Assembly (NCBI GenBank): GCA_010405405.1
Contig: MU004244.1
Span: 685,895-749,894, forward strand
Length of the DNA stretch: 64,000 nucleotides
Reading direction: 5' to 3'
Source: Microthyrium microscopicum
Lineage: Eukaryota
Shown: piece by piece, positions 48,222-62,169 of the stretch
Numbering within the stretch: position 1 is the first letter of the stretch
Layout of the letters: the number at the start of each line of letters is the position of its first letter
The notes under the pieces: generated by a model
The model's database searches: none
Seen by the model: only the letters and a program-made list of their open reading frames with translations
What the model was told of the DNA's origin: nothing
Translations under genes and position numbers: made by a program

Positions 48222-50077
48222 CTAAGGATTCAAAAGTCCTTCTCCTTCCCGAGATTCAAGCGGGTGCTTTTCGTCCCTCAACTCGCCACCATCCATATCT
48301 CCAGTTGTGAGTGAGTGTATATCAGATGATGGTCGACGACCTGACGCAAACGGCATATTCACAGAGTGATGATTGTTGCTGCCCGGAGAAAATTCGCCAT
48401 ATGATGGCATATTTGGCGAATGATGGTTTTGATGTATTAAATTGGGACTTTGTACTGTTGTAGGATGAGAGGTTTGTTCTGGGAGTCCTTGACTTCGTCT
48501 TTGCTCTGCTTCGGAGGATTCGAGGGCAGCTGCACTGGCTTTGGCAACAGCTGCAAGTCCGGCAGCCGCGGCGGCATCCATAGTCAGTGATCTAACGTTG
48601 GGTAATGATGCGCCACCGACTGAAGGTGTATCAGAATTGAACATAGTGCCGTTTGAAGTCGGCTTTACTAAATCAGAGCCGTTATGTCTATTTCGATTCT
48701 CATACTGAGGCGATAGGTCATGATTGCTTTCAGCGGGTGCTCCAGTAGGTGGAGTTGCCAGTTCTTCAAGCCGAACATCTTTCCAGCCACATTTCGCATG
48801 TTTCTTAGTACATCCTGCACAAGCGGTAAGGTTTTTGATGCAGTCCATGTGAAGGCGTCGGCAACGGTCACAAGGGGGTAAGATCCTTTCTCCTCGTTTG
48901 ACAGATTCCATTCTTGCTACCATTTCTTGTTTGTATGGTCCGTCATCCGCTTTGGGTATTATACTTGAGGGTGTTGAAAATATCTGAGGACTAGAAGTGC
49001 TGACATTGAGTGGAGTGCTGTCGAGATGACCATCTGGTCGGTTGCCTGGAGTTGTTGAAGATCGAGCAGCGTTCCCGATCAATTGACTTTGACCAGGCGC
49101 AACCACTTCTCCGTTGGCCATTCTTCGCAGTAATCGGACGGTTGAAAACTGTTTCAAGAGTTCCTGGATTGTGCCTTCTGTTGCGCCAACTTTGCTTAGT
49201 TCAATCGTATGACCACTGGAGTCCGTTACTTGTCGCGTATTGTTGACGGCGGTAAAGCCAGGTGAAGCGCTATTGCCATTGCCGTTGATCAAAGCGATAT
49301 TTGAAGGACTTGCGGCGCGATTTTCGAATGCTGGATCACTCGCGCGGCGATCAATGATAGCTTGTTTTCGAGCTATAATCCTATGGCGCAATTGACGCCC
49401 TCTTGCAGCAACTGTTTGACGATTAGCAAAAAATGCAAGGACAGCCAGGAATATGTACCTTGGTCAGCCATTTGAAAGATCGAGGTGAGGTTTGATTCCA
49501 TAATTTCCAATGTCCCTAGTTCCTTCTCCTCGTCCTCTATGACAGGCTGTGGAGGGATCAGCCTTTGAGGAATATCGGATGAAATCATGACATAGTCCTC
49601 CTCGCTAATTTGAACGCGACATTGTTTGGTATAAAACTGGCATACGCGAACTCCCTCGCTCATTTGGCCAAGCGTAAATTGTTCTGGTTTGTTGCGCGCA
49701 AACTCGACGACATCTAGCCAAGAAACGGTTGTTCCTTCCTTTCCATGACATTTGAGCACTTTTGGAGGGCTTTCGAACCATCTTTCGAACCGCTTGATCA
49801 AGATGGGACCCAGAGGCTTTGCGCCTAGGTTGAAGGCCATACTCTCATGGCGATCAATGACTCCATGATATTCTGTGAGGAGCAGAAGTATGTTCTGCAG
49901 AGTGTCGTCATGAGAGATCAATGGGAGGTCGTCCGAGGTCTGACGGGCGAGATAATTAATTGCAAGATGGTTCGTCTTAGAAGTCTTCGCGGGAGGAGCG
50001 GGCGATGCAGAAATAGGACCATCGGGATCTGGGGTTCGTTTCCGTTTGAGGTTTTGGCGGTCGTCTAAAGGGTCCAT
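48222..50077 (-). CDS. Zn(II)2Cys6-like binuclear cluster protein, 2 exons
   Basis: CDRCRRLHMDCIKNLTACAGCTKKHAKC six-Cys motif in the middle of the protein; two ORFs joined by a short intron (GTACAT...GCTAAT...ACAG, about 49411-49458). Confidence 0.85.
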
Positions 50078-50555
50078 GTCGCGAAGCTGTTTGAAGGTGC
50101 AGCACGAGGATGTAGGAGGCGACGGGAGGGTTGAGCGGTAAATTATAGTCTGAGCAGTAAGTTGAAGAGCCTAAAAGGCTATAATGGGCCTTTTGGGCTC
50201 ACAATGAGCTCTTGGGAGGATCAATGGCTGATGTAATGAATAGTGGTTGCGATGGTTGATGTCAGCGATGGTGGAGGGAAGGAGGGAGGGAGGAGAGGGA
50301 AGCGCAAAGGTCGAGAAATGGGAGGAACGATGGGGAGAATGGGAAAACTGGGGAAAAGCGGCAGGTGCAAGTGCCAGGAGCTGCAAGAGGGAAGGAGCCC
50401 CGTTGAGCTTAGGCAGGAAACGACGGCGGAGCGGGCAGCTCCTTCCCACCTAAGACCTTACAGATCCCTGTTACTAAGCGCTACTTTGCGTGCCACTTTT
50501 GCTGTCCAGAGCTCCAGTTGTGTCGCTACCAACTGTCCCAAACTCATCCCACAAC

Positions 50556-51045
50556 ATGGAGCGCGGCCAGTTCAGAAATCCTAGAGGAGGCCGTGGTGGC
50601 AGAGGAGGTCATCGAGGAGGAGCTCATCAAGGCGGAGGCGATAAGACCGCCGAAAGACCAAAAAAGGAAGCAATCCTCGATCTCAACCGCTTTATGGACA
50701 AGAAAATGCGCGTCAAATTCAATGGAGGCCGCGAAGGTGCGTTCGTCTCAGAACAAAAAATGATTAGATTCTTTTCTAAATTGCTGCAATTTAGTCATCG
50801 GCGTACTTAAAGGTTTCGACCAGCTTATGAATGTTGTCTTGGATGATGTGGAAGAAGTCATGAGAGGTATATACATCATTTTCGAATTCTTGATATCTTG
50901 CTCACAGTTTCTAGATGATGAAGGAAACGAATCAACTCGGAGTCTAGGACTCGTTGTTGCTCGAGGCACTTTGCTTGTGGTCATCTCACCAGTTGATGGC
51001 AGCGCTGAAATTTCGAATCCATTTGCAGCAGCGGAAGAAGAGTAA
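50556..51045 (+). CDS. LSM7: U6 snRNA-associated Sm-like protein LSm7, 3 exons
   Basis: ERPKKEAILDL, VKFNGGRE|VIGVLKGFDQLMNVVLDDVEE, RSLGLVVARGTLLVVISPVDG...ISNPF; RGG-rich N-terminus. Confidence 0.96.
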
Positions 51046-52135
51046 AGATCAATCCGTACAACATCATAATCTCGCCATTATTACCCGAAGGCTTTTTTAC
51101 TGATGGGATGAAAACTAGAGATGAAATCTTTTCTCAAGAACCTGCATTCAACCAAGAGCTCCCGAATTAGGACGAAATGCCTCGTTTGTTGATGAGGAGC
51201 GCCGTCCCACTGAATCAACCCGCTATTGCAAGTCGCACAATAGCAGATGCTACTTTTGCAATCAGCGTCCGTCGGGATCATTATAGAAGGAGTCCTGTCT
51301 CCAAGGTCACTTAGTATCAAAATATACCCAATTCCAGTGCCGTTGCACAGCAGGCATTTCTGTCTCCTATGGTATGGCTTTCTTGTGACTGGGTTGAACT
51401 TGCATGGAGCCAAAACCGGACTCAACTCAATCAACACCAACTCTCCGAAGTTCTATCCAAGCTTGGAGATATCAAAATCAAGACGCGCTATTTCGATAAT
51501 GCCAAGAATTTGATCTTTTGTGCTTAGATCGCTCGATTTGGTGTGGCTGATCATTTTCCTTGAGGCCAGCGCTTGCGGGGTTGGTGCATCTCCACCCATC
51601 ACCAGCGCCTCAACGTCATTTCTCATGCGCTTGTCCTACAACTTTGTTTACTTTTCACACCTTTTCGTTGGTTCCGCCTCTGGAGAGAGAGCCTAGCCTT
51701 GTCCATTTTGTCCATTTTGTGAAATATATGCGTCATTTGAGCCGTTACCCACATTAGCTCCAGCCAATATCATGTTTCTTCATGTTGAAGCCTGGCTTGG
51801 GACGGCCTTCTTTGACGCGTGTGACCTTCTATCAACTTGATTGACTGCAACAATACAAGACTTGTTGAACGTAGCTGCTGCACTACTGTACAAGTAACTC
51901 TTTCTTCATTAGTACTTCACACCCTCGCCTACCTTTAACCATAGACATTCCTGCCACTTTCTGACAGATTGTGCTGTGACATTGCTCTCAACCGCTTGCA
52001 CTTGACATCTCACAACTCATCTTGTACTTTTTGTCCAACATCATACTTCTAATCTGAAAATTCGTTTGATCCTGTTTACTAGAATCTTGAAACTCATCAA
52101 CCGTAATCCCTCCAGAAGTTGGAGCATCCCTCACC

Positions 52136-55100
52136 ATGCAGAAGATCAAAGGCATCTTGTAAGCATACCCCAACAACCTCAGCAGGCACTACTAACAACT
52201 TCACAGAAATCCCGGCGGCAATACCACTGATGAGCTAATGTATGATATGGGCGATTCCTCCAAGAAATCCACTGGAGACTCAACAACAGCAACCTCAACC
52301 TCCACTCCATCTACCGGCCATGCAGCCTCTGGCATATCTGGCCCAGAGCACGAACAACAACACAATATTGCACCTGCCACCCAAGGCATCTCACAAAATG
52401 ACCCAAGACACGAGGTCGGCCGTGATGCCGCTCTTGGAGCTGGTGCTGGAGCCGTAGGTGCTTCTGTAACAGGCAACCAACCTCATAGCTCCACTTCAGC
52501 TCAACAATACCCAATACAGAGCGGCCCAACTGCTGGCTCAGGTCTACAAGATACCACACAGCATGGAACGATCGCATCCACAGGCACCGGAGCACCAACC
52601 AACACCACTGCCACAGGCCAACAGCATCACTACGGCAGAGATGCAGCAGTTGGAGCAGGAGCTGTGGGCGCTGCTGAAGCAGCTCATCATTCTCACAACA
52701 AGCATGAGGACGAAGAGGTTGCTGGTGAAGATGGCGAGAAGAAACCCAGTCTTCTGAAGCGCATCTTCCATCACGGTGATAAGGATGAATCAAAGCACGA
52801 GTCCAAGCACGACCACAAAGAGGAGTCTAAGCATCACCACACCACAACTGCCGCCGCAGCAGGAGAATCAGCCCACCACGAAGGCAACAGATTGCATAAG
52901 GATAATCCTAATGAGCCCAGCGTCATTCCATACAAACACCAAGACGTAGCCGGAACAGATACGTCCGCTCCGGGCCTGACTCAGAAATCCGAAGATCATC
53001 ACTACGGACGTGATGCAGCTGTTGGTGCTGGCGCAGTTGGCGCCGGTGCTGCTGCTCACCATCACCATGAGAAGAAGAATGCTGATGATAATACGCATGC
53101 TCACACACAACCAGCGACCACTGTGGGAGGTCACGGTGCCGTTTCTCAGAGTGCCGTTGCAGGACAGAATCAGCCAACATCTGCTACCGATCAGCACCAT
53201 TACGGCCGTGATGCTGCTGTTGGCACCGGCGTCCTCGGAGCTGGTGCAGCCGCCCACCATGCGCACGAGACAAGAGGAGCAGACCATCATACAGGCGCTG
53301 CCGAGACTGGCACCATTCCTTACAAGCACCAGGATGTTGCAGCGGCAAATACATCTTCTACTCCCGGCCAAACTCAGGCTAGCTCAGATCATCACTATGG
53401 ACGTGATGCAGCCGTTGGTGCCGGTGCGTTGGGAGCTGGTGCTGCCGCACACCATCACCATGAGAACAAAGATGTAGGTGCTGGAGAGCAGGAGCACAAC
53501 AAGACTACATTAGGAAGTATCTATAAACATGGTATCCAGGGTCCACCAGAGCAGACCAATATGGTTACTGGACATCACGAAGGTGCTTCTGCAGGATCGT
53601 CTGGACTTGGCCACAATCAAGCAACCGGCACAGATCATCACTATGGACGTGATGCTGCTGTCGGTGCTGGTGCTCTGGGCGGTGCTGGTGCGCTTGCTCA
53701 TCATGAGCACGAGAAGAAGGCCGGGGACGATGGGTTGGTTCCCCGGACTGCGCCAGGATATGGAAGTGCCCCTGGCCAAAGTCAGTCTAGCACAGATCAT
53801 CACTATGGACGTGATGCTGCTCTCGGCGCAGGTGCGTTAGGAGGTGCTGGTGCTCTTGCTCATCATGAGCACGATAAGAAGGCCGCAGACGATGGATTGG
53901 TTCCGCGTACTGCGCCAGGATATGGTAGCTCTGCTCCTCAGACTGCCGGAGCTAGCCTTGGCTCAGGTACACACAACACTGGCTCAGAATTTGCCTCTAC
54001 ATCGCATACTGCTGGTGACGGCATTGACTCTCGTCCTTCCACTGGACACCACAGCGTCGGTATTGCCAACAAGTTAGACCCACATGTCAAGCCAGATGGC
54101 GATAATGGCACTAGAATCACCGACACCATGGGCCAGGATCAGCATCACTATGGACGCGATGCCGCTATTGGCGCCGGTGCACTCGGAGGCGCTGGGGCTC
54201 TAGCTCATCACGAGCATGGAAAACATGATCAGACACATGCCTCTTCCCAAGCTCCAACCGCTCTTGGAGGCCAGACGCATCAATATCCTGGCCAAAGAGA
54301 GTTTGGCGCAGACCCAAATATCTCCGATCCAGGTCAAACCAACCCTGCGCCACTACCCACTGCCGGAGGACAGGAACATCACTATGGTCGCGATGCCGCA
54401 CTTGGTGCTGGAGCTCTAGGTGGAGCTGGTGCTTTGGCGAGCCATGAGCACAATAAATCTGACAACAACAAGAATGTTCTTCCACAAGATACTGTTCTGG
54501 CCCAGAACGCTGGTTTGGCGGCTCACCAACCACATCAGGAGCGAAGCGTGTCAAACACCGCTGTAAAAAGCGTCGCGATGAACGATGAGCCCAAACATGA
54601 TGCCAAGCATGAAGGCGGGAAACACTTTGAAGGAGGTCTTCTTGGAATCGGAAAAAGTCATAAAGACAAATCCGAGCCCACTTCAGCCAAGCACGATCAT
54701 AGCTCAACGAGTCCTGCGCAGGTGCCAGAGAGCGATAATGAGAAGCACCATCTCGGTCGCGATGCGGCTCTTGGTGCAGGTGCTGTCGGCGCGGGAACAG
54801 CGGCTCACAAGCACCATGAGAAGACCGCTGATGAGCACGAAAGCGCAGCAGACAAAGAGAAGAAACCCGGTCTTCTTGAGAAAATCTTCCATCGTGGTGA
54901 GGGCAAAGAAATCGAAAGCCATCAACCCCCTCTAGCAACTACAAATGATTCTAAAGATCATTACCAACCAGGTGCAGCCGTGACTGGTTCCGATAAAGAC
55001 CATCACTACGGTCGTGATGCGGCTCTCGGCGCAGGTGCAGTTGGCGCGGGAGCAGCGGCTCACAAGCACCACGAGAAGGCTGCAGATGAGAATGAGAGCC

Positions 55101-56260
55101 CAGCGGACAAGGAAAAGAAACCTAGCTTGATAGAGAAGATTTTCCATCGTGGCGAAGGCAAAGAGGTAGAACAACATCAGCCACCGCTATCTTCTACTAA
55201 TGATACCAAAGAGCATTATCAACCAGGTGCTACTACGGCTGATAGTGAGCACCATTACGGTCGTGATGCGGCTTTAGGTGCTGGTGCCGCAGGTCTTGGA
55301 GGCGCAGCAATCCACGAGCATAGCAAAGCCACCGACAACAAGACCGACAAGCGCGATGTTCACTTTGCGGGTGCGCAGAACACTCCAACCACAACTCAGC
55401 AACAGAAGACCCCTTTCACCAGTACTCCATCTGGTCACCCTGTGAACAATCTTGGCTCTACTACTGGTACAGCGCCATCGCAGACATTGCCAGATCGATC
55501 GGTCCAGTCTCAGGCTACCCAGCAACACAAGGACAGCCATAACAGTGCCCTCACTGCTGCCCTTGCTGGTGCTGGTGTCGGAGCCGTTGGAGCCGGGGCG
55601 CTTGCTCACGACCAATCTGCTCACGGAGGACGAGCGACCACAGAGGACAGCGCTGCGGCTGCCCATCCTACTGGCGCTACTGTCACCAACCCATCCGAGG
55701 AACTACCCCATGTTCCAGATGACAATGGCAAATTCCTCAACCAGAAATACTTGGAAGACGAGACGACTGCACACGGCCATCAAGTTTCAGGACTCGGAGC
55801 CGGCACAGCAGGAGCTGTTGTCGGTGGTGCTTCGCAAGCCCACAAGGACTCACTCGTATCAGAAGAAGACCCTGCCACCAAGACCAAGGGCCCACACAAG
55901 AGCAACATTCTCAATGTCCTTGACCCACGCGTAAAGCCAGACAAGATCAGCGTCGACGAAGCAGCCGGCGTAGAGCAGAAACACCTACCATCTGATGGCG
56001 CAACTACTGGTACCCACAGCGGACCTCAGGACTATTCTGCCGGCCCACTCCGTCTACCAGAGGGCGACAAACTCACTCCCGTCGGTGAGGGTCACAGCGG
56101 TGCAGGAAAGCCAATCATGACTACTACCAACGCCACTTCCTCTTCTGCTGCCACGGGTGCCAGTCAAGAGGCGGGTCAGGGACATGGCACGAATCCATAC
56201 ACGTCTACGCCATTAGACCCACGCGTTTCTATGCCAGGAACGTACCCAGATGCTAAGTAA
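52136..56260 (+). CDS. Large His/Gly/Ala-rich disordered repeat protein with dehydrin-like motifs, 2 exons
   Basis: Micro-exon MQKIKGIL, intron GTAAGC...CTAAC...ACAG (about 52160-52206), then a frame of about 1350 codons with 12 GRDAAxGxG repeats and NKLDPHV/NVLDPRV/PLDPRV motifs. Confidence 0.88.
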
Positions 56261-56633
56261 GAGGTTTCATGATAGAAGGACAGAGATGGAGAGGGAAAGA
56301 TGGATGAAAATAATTTGAACAGAGTGATGATGTTTTTATACCCTGTATGGTTAATGAAGCCGGATGATTTTATTTTTATGGTTGAGCGTGTTATGGTAGC
56401 GAGCAAGCTTTTAGGCTTGAAAAATGAATTGATGATTGATTTTCAATATATTCCTTTGAAACTCAGATAGTGGTTGATGACTTCGCATAAGTACGTTAGC
56501 GTATGTCAAGTACCGTGTCTATCATCGAGCGTGACTGGTTCAACGACCATGCCATCTACAGTCAAGTATAATTGTAGATTAATTCTAGCATCTATATACA
56601 AACTGCTCCTCCCCTTCTCATCTATTCAACCTC

Positions 56634-57750
56634 TCACGGAGCGTCCAGTGGATCCCAATCTAATGATGTATCAGCAGAAGACTTGAATGTTAATGGGTAG
56701 GCCGGTATACCAGTGACAAGATACTCATCCAATGCATCCAATTTCTCCATATCCTCTTTAGTGATCTCAAAGTGATCAATCTGGCTATTCTCTACAATAC
56801 GATCTTTCTTCACACTTTTCGGCAATGGACAGTAATCATGCTGTACTGACCATCGAACAAGTACCTGTGCTGGTGTACAAGAGTGCTTTTTAGCCAAGTC
56901 TGCAATCGTCGGATGCTTCATCTTCATAGCCTGAACCAGCGGCGCATACGCTTCCATGACAATCCCATGCTTTTTGCAAAACTCGCACAACTCGGTGTGC
57001 GTGTTAAATGGATGTATCTCGATTTGGTTAACTGCAGGCATAATGCGTGGTTTGGAATTTATCAACTCTTCCAGCTAGATTGCACCATGAGCCGCATAAC
57101 TTCACATTTTGGCTCAACTTACGTGTTTGATGCCATAATTACTAACTCCACCAGTCCGTACTTGTCCATCCAAGATCGCATCTTCTACCGCTCGCCAGCT
57201 CTCCAGACGAGCTTCTTTCCCGCCGTACGGAGAGTGTATGAGGAACAAGTCAATAGTATCCAGTCCACTCGTCTGCACTGAGCGCTTAATGGCCTGTGTG
57301 GCGCTATCATAAGTCGAGTTCGAGCGTAATTTCGTCGTGAAATGGATATCAGTTCGCTTCAGTCCTTGGGTGTTTTGGGGGCTGTTGAGAAAGGTGTTGA
57401 TCGCTTGACCGACTTCTTTCTCGTTGGCGTACCATTGGGCTGAGTCGATTCTGGAATATGTTAGAGTTTGGATAGTTGGCTAAGGATGTTTGTCGAACCC
57501 GCGATATCCCGCCTGGTGAGTGTTAGTACTGACTGAGAAGTGGAGATGATGGAATTGTTTACCTCGAGAGCATATTTTACGGCGTTTTTGGCTTCTGTGC
57601 CGGATGTTTGGTATACACCTAGCTTTATTTGCGGCATGGATGTGCCATTGTTCAACTAGGGACGGTCTCATCAGCCTTATGGGTACCTCACGGTTCTGAG
57701 ATATCGTGGTTTACCTGAACCCGATGTGTGAGGGATTTTGATTGTGCCAT
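56634..57750 (-). CDS. Aldo-keto reductase, multi-exon
   Basis: [78 protein letters not shown]. Confidence 0.93.
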
Positions 57751-58520
57751 TGTTCCAGATTTTGACAAGATGTTCCGAGTCAGAGAATTCATCAACCAAA
57801 GCGTAACTTTTCAATTTGTTGAATGGATGTATAATGCCAAACAGATCGCAGCCAAAAGCTGTTGGGTGTATGACGGCGCCGCCACCCCCACCATCTGTTC
57901 CGTCAATCATACCTGTTAGTAATTGTGCGCTACAAAATTGGAAGCGAGAAGCCAAGGATGATGAAGAATCATGTATTGTATAGATTCGTACTATGGAGTA
58001 GAGAATTTCCATTTGCAGGATTGGGGTTTCCCATGGTCCAGGCGATCACCCTCTCATGTGTCGAAATAAGCATTCTAAGCTCAGTTACCAGACCTAACGA
58101 CTTAAGATAACTCCAGGAATCCAGCTTGCTATCAAAAAAAGACTCCGATGCCCATCGCTGACGAGATTATGCTGCACATTGTACGTATTTAATGGTGAAT
58201 GCAGCATTCCTTGAGTTTGGTAGTTTGTAGACTGCGATTAGGCTGAAGATTACTAAGCAAGGCTGAGATCTGCCTTCAATTTACGATTCATACCTTTCCA
58301 ACTTCAGCCTGTAAAAGGTGGGAAATGGATTTGACTCATTATTGGGTATATCTAGCACGCAATCGGGCTACATAACATTGACTTCGCTATAACAATATGA
58401 CCCATACCTCTGAGCGGCGACAATTCCTAATACTGGGCTCAAACAGTTATCCTGCCAAACTTGACACGACCTGGTCAAAGCTGGACTTGATAGTATGCAG
58501 CTGAAGCCAACAGCTGAAAG

Positions 58521-59698
58521 CTATATCAACCTCATTTCAAAGGCAGGATTAAAGGGAAATGGCTGCCTTCCGACCCAATATTTCGTTTCTGCGGCTATCA
58601 GTCTCTGCAGATTCCCTTTACAGAAATGCCGATGGAAGTTCCAGTTTATTCGCTGATGCTCCTGATTGCAATAGTAAACTTCGCAGCGAGTACATTTGCG
58701 GAGCTTCTGTCTCTTCGTGGATGGAGCACCACAATGACCACACCAAGGCTCCACTGCTCTATTGTCCCATCGTTCTTTGACACGCTTAACAACAGCTTCC
58801 ATCCATTCCTCGGGCGGCTTTTCTGCATTATTTGGCATGCTAAAGTTGCTCTGGTTTGTCACATGCTCAGGCTCTCTAGCCCATTGATGAAGTCGCTTCT
58901 TGTAGTCCTCGATATGCTCCAAGACAAACATGCCATCAGATACACGACCTAAAGCTAGTTAGGTGACTCATTTTTGCCAAGTGATATGCATAATGAGAAC
59001 ATTTCCCTTGCGGCGTTTTCTAACTTACCACGGCCGGTCTCTCCAAATTGCATGGAAGTAAGGTCGAGCACTACATTAATTGAAGGCTCGTCCATCCTCA
59101 AGAAGCCGACAGTGTAGTGATCGACAAAAGCCTGGTGTCCTAGAATGAAAGTTGTATCCTCCGTAGACTCACTGTAATCTACCCTCACTGTGAGATTGAG
59201 TTGCTTTGGACTTTTCAACTTCCAGTGTTGACCATAACGCCGACGAGCCGTTGTTGTGTACATGCCTCCAGTACTGGTGCGAATGCGAGTAAGTTGGTCA
59301 TCTGGATACTTGGAAAACAAAAGCCATAAGAGCGCAACGGCTCGATCACACCGTCCAATGTTACGAGTTTCATAGAAGATGGTCTCGAGTTCGCGCGGTG
59401 AAAGGTGAGAGAGCGTTGGAGGAACTGGGGTTGGCAAAAGATTGGAAGGGGAGTCAACCTCGACTGGTGCGTTCGATGGAGGATAACCATACAAGTAGCC
59501 TCTTCGACTTTGACCTGCTACGTTTCTCCATACTGGAAATTCGTAGTTTGGATCGAAGTTGAAGGGAAAACGTTCCACATGAAGTCTACCTACATCAATG
59601 AGCTTTCGATGCCGAAACCTGGGCTCTTCCACAGTTGTCTCGTAGTTTAATAGTAAGGCAAGATCGTAAAGATCTAGAGGCTGGGAGTCTGAGCTCAT
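58521..59698 (-). CDS. MYND-type zinc finger protein, 2 exons
   Basis: C-terminal CGHC...CTRC...YYCNQEHQRINWNFHRHFC; VLDLTSMQFGETGRG upstream; intron GTAAGT...CCTAAC...TTAG (about 58950-59029). Confidence 0.85.
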
Positions 59699-60177
59699 TA
59701 TGCTGTTAGAACTATGAAACAATATGAAATTTCGATCTGTTTTAACAGGTTGTTCGAGGCATTTCCTTATTCAGGATATCCATTCATAACCGAAGAGGCT
59801 GGCATGGTATTTAAAGGGACGTAACAGACTTTATCCATAGAGAAACATATTTCATAAAGTCGGGAGCAATTGTCATTGCCAGCTGCCAGAACAAGTGACG
59901 AATACTTTGCTGGAGTACTGACCGACGAAGGCACGAGATCTCTCAATTATACCATTCTCCCATGCTCAAGCAACCTAGGTAACTTTCAAGACTCTGGACG
60001 CATGATACTCCTACTTTCTAGTTTGACTTGCCCAAAGATGTTTGACGACATAGTTGTAGGCATTCACAATTGACTCTGTTTTCACCGGGAGCAAGATCAG
60101 GAGGTCACGACAAACGCGAGATACTATTACATTTGACCAAGCCGCGACAACTGAACTTGGTATGGTTCTATGCTTGA

Positions 60178-61755
60178 CTACAACATGGCTTTTGGCATCT
60201 GCTTCAACGCCTGGCGAACACCTAGATCTGCCAAAATCTCTTCAGTTCCTCCTAATATCGTGTCAAACTTATACGTCCTGGCAAATTGCTCAACGATCTT
60301 TCCCATTCCTGTTTGAGTCAATCCACGTCCACCAAAGATATTTACGGCGTCGTCAGCAACATGATGTGCGCATTTTGTTACATGGCTCTTCAATAAGCCA
60401 ATGGGGCCTGCCAAAAACTTGGACTGCTCGCTATAACTCATGTTGCACATCTGGTATGTGATAAGCTCCAGCTGCGCCTGGCTGGTTTCTGTCAAGTTGA
60501 TCATATTTGCAATCTTCTGCCGTATGACAGGCTGCTGGATCAGGGGCTTGCCAAACACGAGACGTTGGTTTGCCCATTTCATGCATTCTTCTGTGACAGA
60601 TCTCATCCATCGAACGCCAAAGCAGGTCATGGCCCAACGTTCGTGGTTGAAATTTGACATGATGACTGCGAAGCCTTGGTTCTCCTTGCCCAGAAGATGA
60701 TTGGCGGGCACCTTGACATTGTCAAATTGAATGTATGCTGTACCAGCGGCGGTAGAATAGGATGTCTTGATGCGTTTTGTCTCTACGTTATCGGATCGAG
60801 GAATAAGGAACACACTCAGACCTTTGTCTGTTCGGCAGCCGGTTACGAAATAATCAGCGAACATTCCTGAGATCAGTTAGCATGAATATTTTGGTAAAAG
60901 GGGCATCTTACCATTCGTGATCCACTTCTTTGTGCCTCGAATTATCCAGTGTTTGCCGTCTGCCGTCTTTTCTGCTGTAGTCCGTAGTCCAGCGACATCT
61001 GATCCAGCAAAAGCTTCAGTGATGGCCAGGCAGATGTACTTCTTGCCAGAGAGACATTCTTCAGTGATTTTGTCTTTTAGTGAGTCGTCATTTAACCATT
61101 GGCGTATCGCGGTGAGTGAAATCATCATGCCTGCCAAATTGCCATCTTGAAAACCTCTTGCGTGTGCCCGTGCAAGCTCTTGTCCCACAACCAAATCGTG
61201 GAAATAATCAAAGTCTTCGCCTTTGACTCCACCTGGAAGTATACGCCCGTGGAGATGCTTGCCAGGGCCAAGTCTAGCAGCAAGGATGTTATTCGCAGCC
61301 ATTTTGTCGACCAGCTCTTGTGAGATGTATGTACCATCCAGTTCTTTCTGTTGAGCCTCAGGGTACACATGTTCATCAACGAACTCTCTGACTGCCTTTT
61401 GTAGCTTTCGATGAGACTCCTTGTAGAATGGTGATTTGAAGGTAGGAGTCAGCCATATGGGCTCGCCATAAGGCACTTGTGACAGACTTCCATAATGTGG
61501 CTCGATAACTTCTGACTTTTCTCCTGCTATGGTGCCAATGCAAAGATCCGTGTATTTTTGGATAACCTCGTGTCTGTGAAGATTGTAAAAAGCTTCTGTG
61601 GCGTCTTGACCAGCAACCTGCTCTAATACCACATTGCCGCCGGGGTGTGCATCCAGAAAGTCCGTTAAATCGTACACCTTGTGGTCAATGACGACCCAAA
61701 GTGAGTCGGTGCTGTTGTTCTTCGCAACTTCGGCTCGCGTGATCTGTTTCGCCAT
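60178..61755 (-). CDS. Acyl-CoA dehydrogenase with N-terminal cytochrome b5 domain, 2 exons
   Basis: b5 motifs WVVIDHKVYDLTDFLDAHPGG and AGQDAT; ACAD motifs CLAITEAFAGSDV, GTKKWITNG, FDNVKVP, NFNHER, IFGGRG, ILGGTEEI. Confidence 0.93.
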
Positions 61756-62169
61756 CTCGAGGCCTGTCAATCTGTGAATGGTAGGCGTCTTGATGCGTAT
61801 CGTTGAGCACAAATCGACAAATAGTTTGACAAAGAACGTGGCACTCGAGGCAATGTACTTATTGAGAGCCCTGGCTAAAGCTATGGTCGTTGTTCGGCAT
61901 ACTGGTAGTGGTCATGAGTAATAGAACGAATTATGATTTACCGAGGTCTCATTCGTTGTATGGAAACCCTTCTGTTCTGGGAATAGTCTCCCAACCTCTA
62001 CAGACTGCGATGGCGCTTATCATGCATATATTGACTACCTTGTGCTTCACATGTTAAACAGGAGAGAGAATGGATGCTGAGAGTGCTTCTGTTGTGCTAT
62101 CAAATTACCCACGGCTTTTCCCGCATTCTGGATTATTCATTATACTATCAATTACTGCTCGTTTACAAT

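Noticed and set aside
51081..51440. Cys-rich minus-strand ORF (CLLCNGTG, CYCATC) resembling a zinc finger
   Set aside because: No ATG at the ORF start, an upstream in-frame stop, and no clear family match; not supportable without homology data
52400..55300. Regularly recurring ~35-bp DNA motif (CAYTAYGGNCGTGATGC...) resembling a CRISPR-like array
   Set aside because: It encodes the protein repeat, varies at synonymous positions, has irregular long spacing, and lies in a eukaryotic gene with no cas genes nearby
52238..56260. Repeat protein as a KEX2-processed fungal RiPP precursor
   Set aside because: No signal peptide, repeats not flanked by regular KR/RR sites, and no DUF3328-type gene nearby
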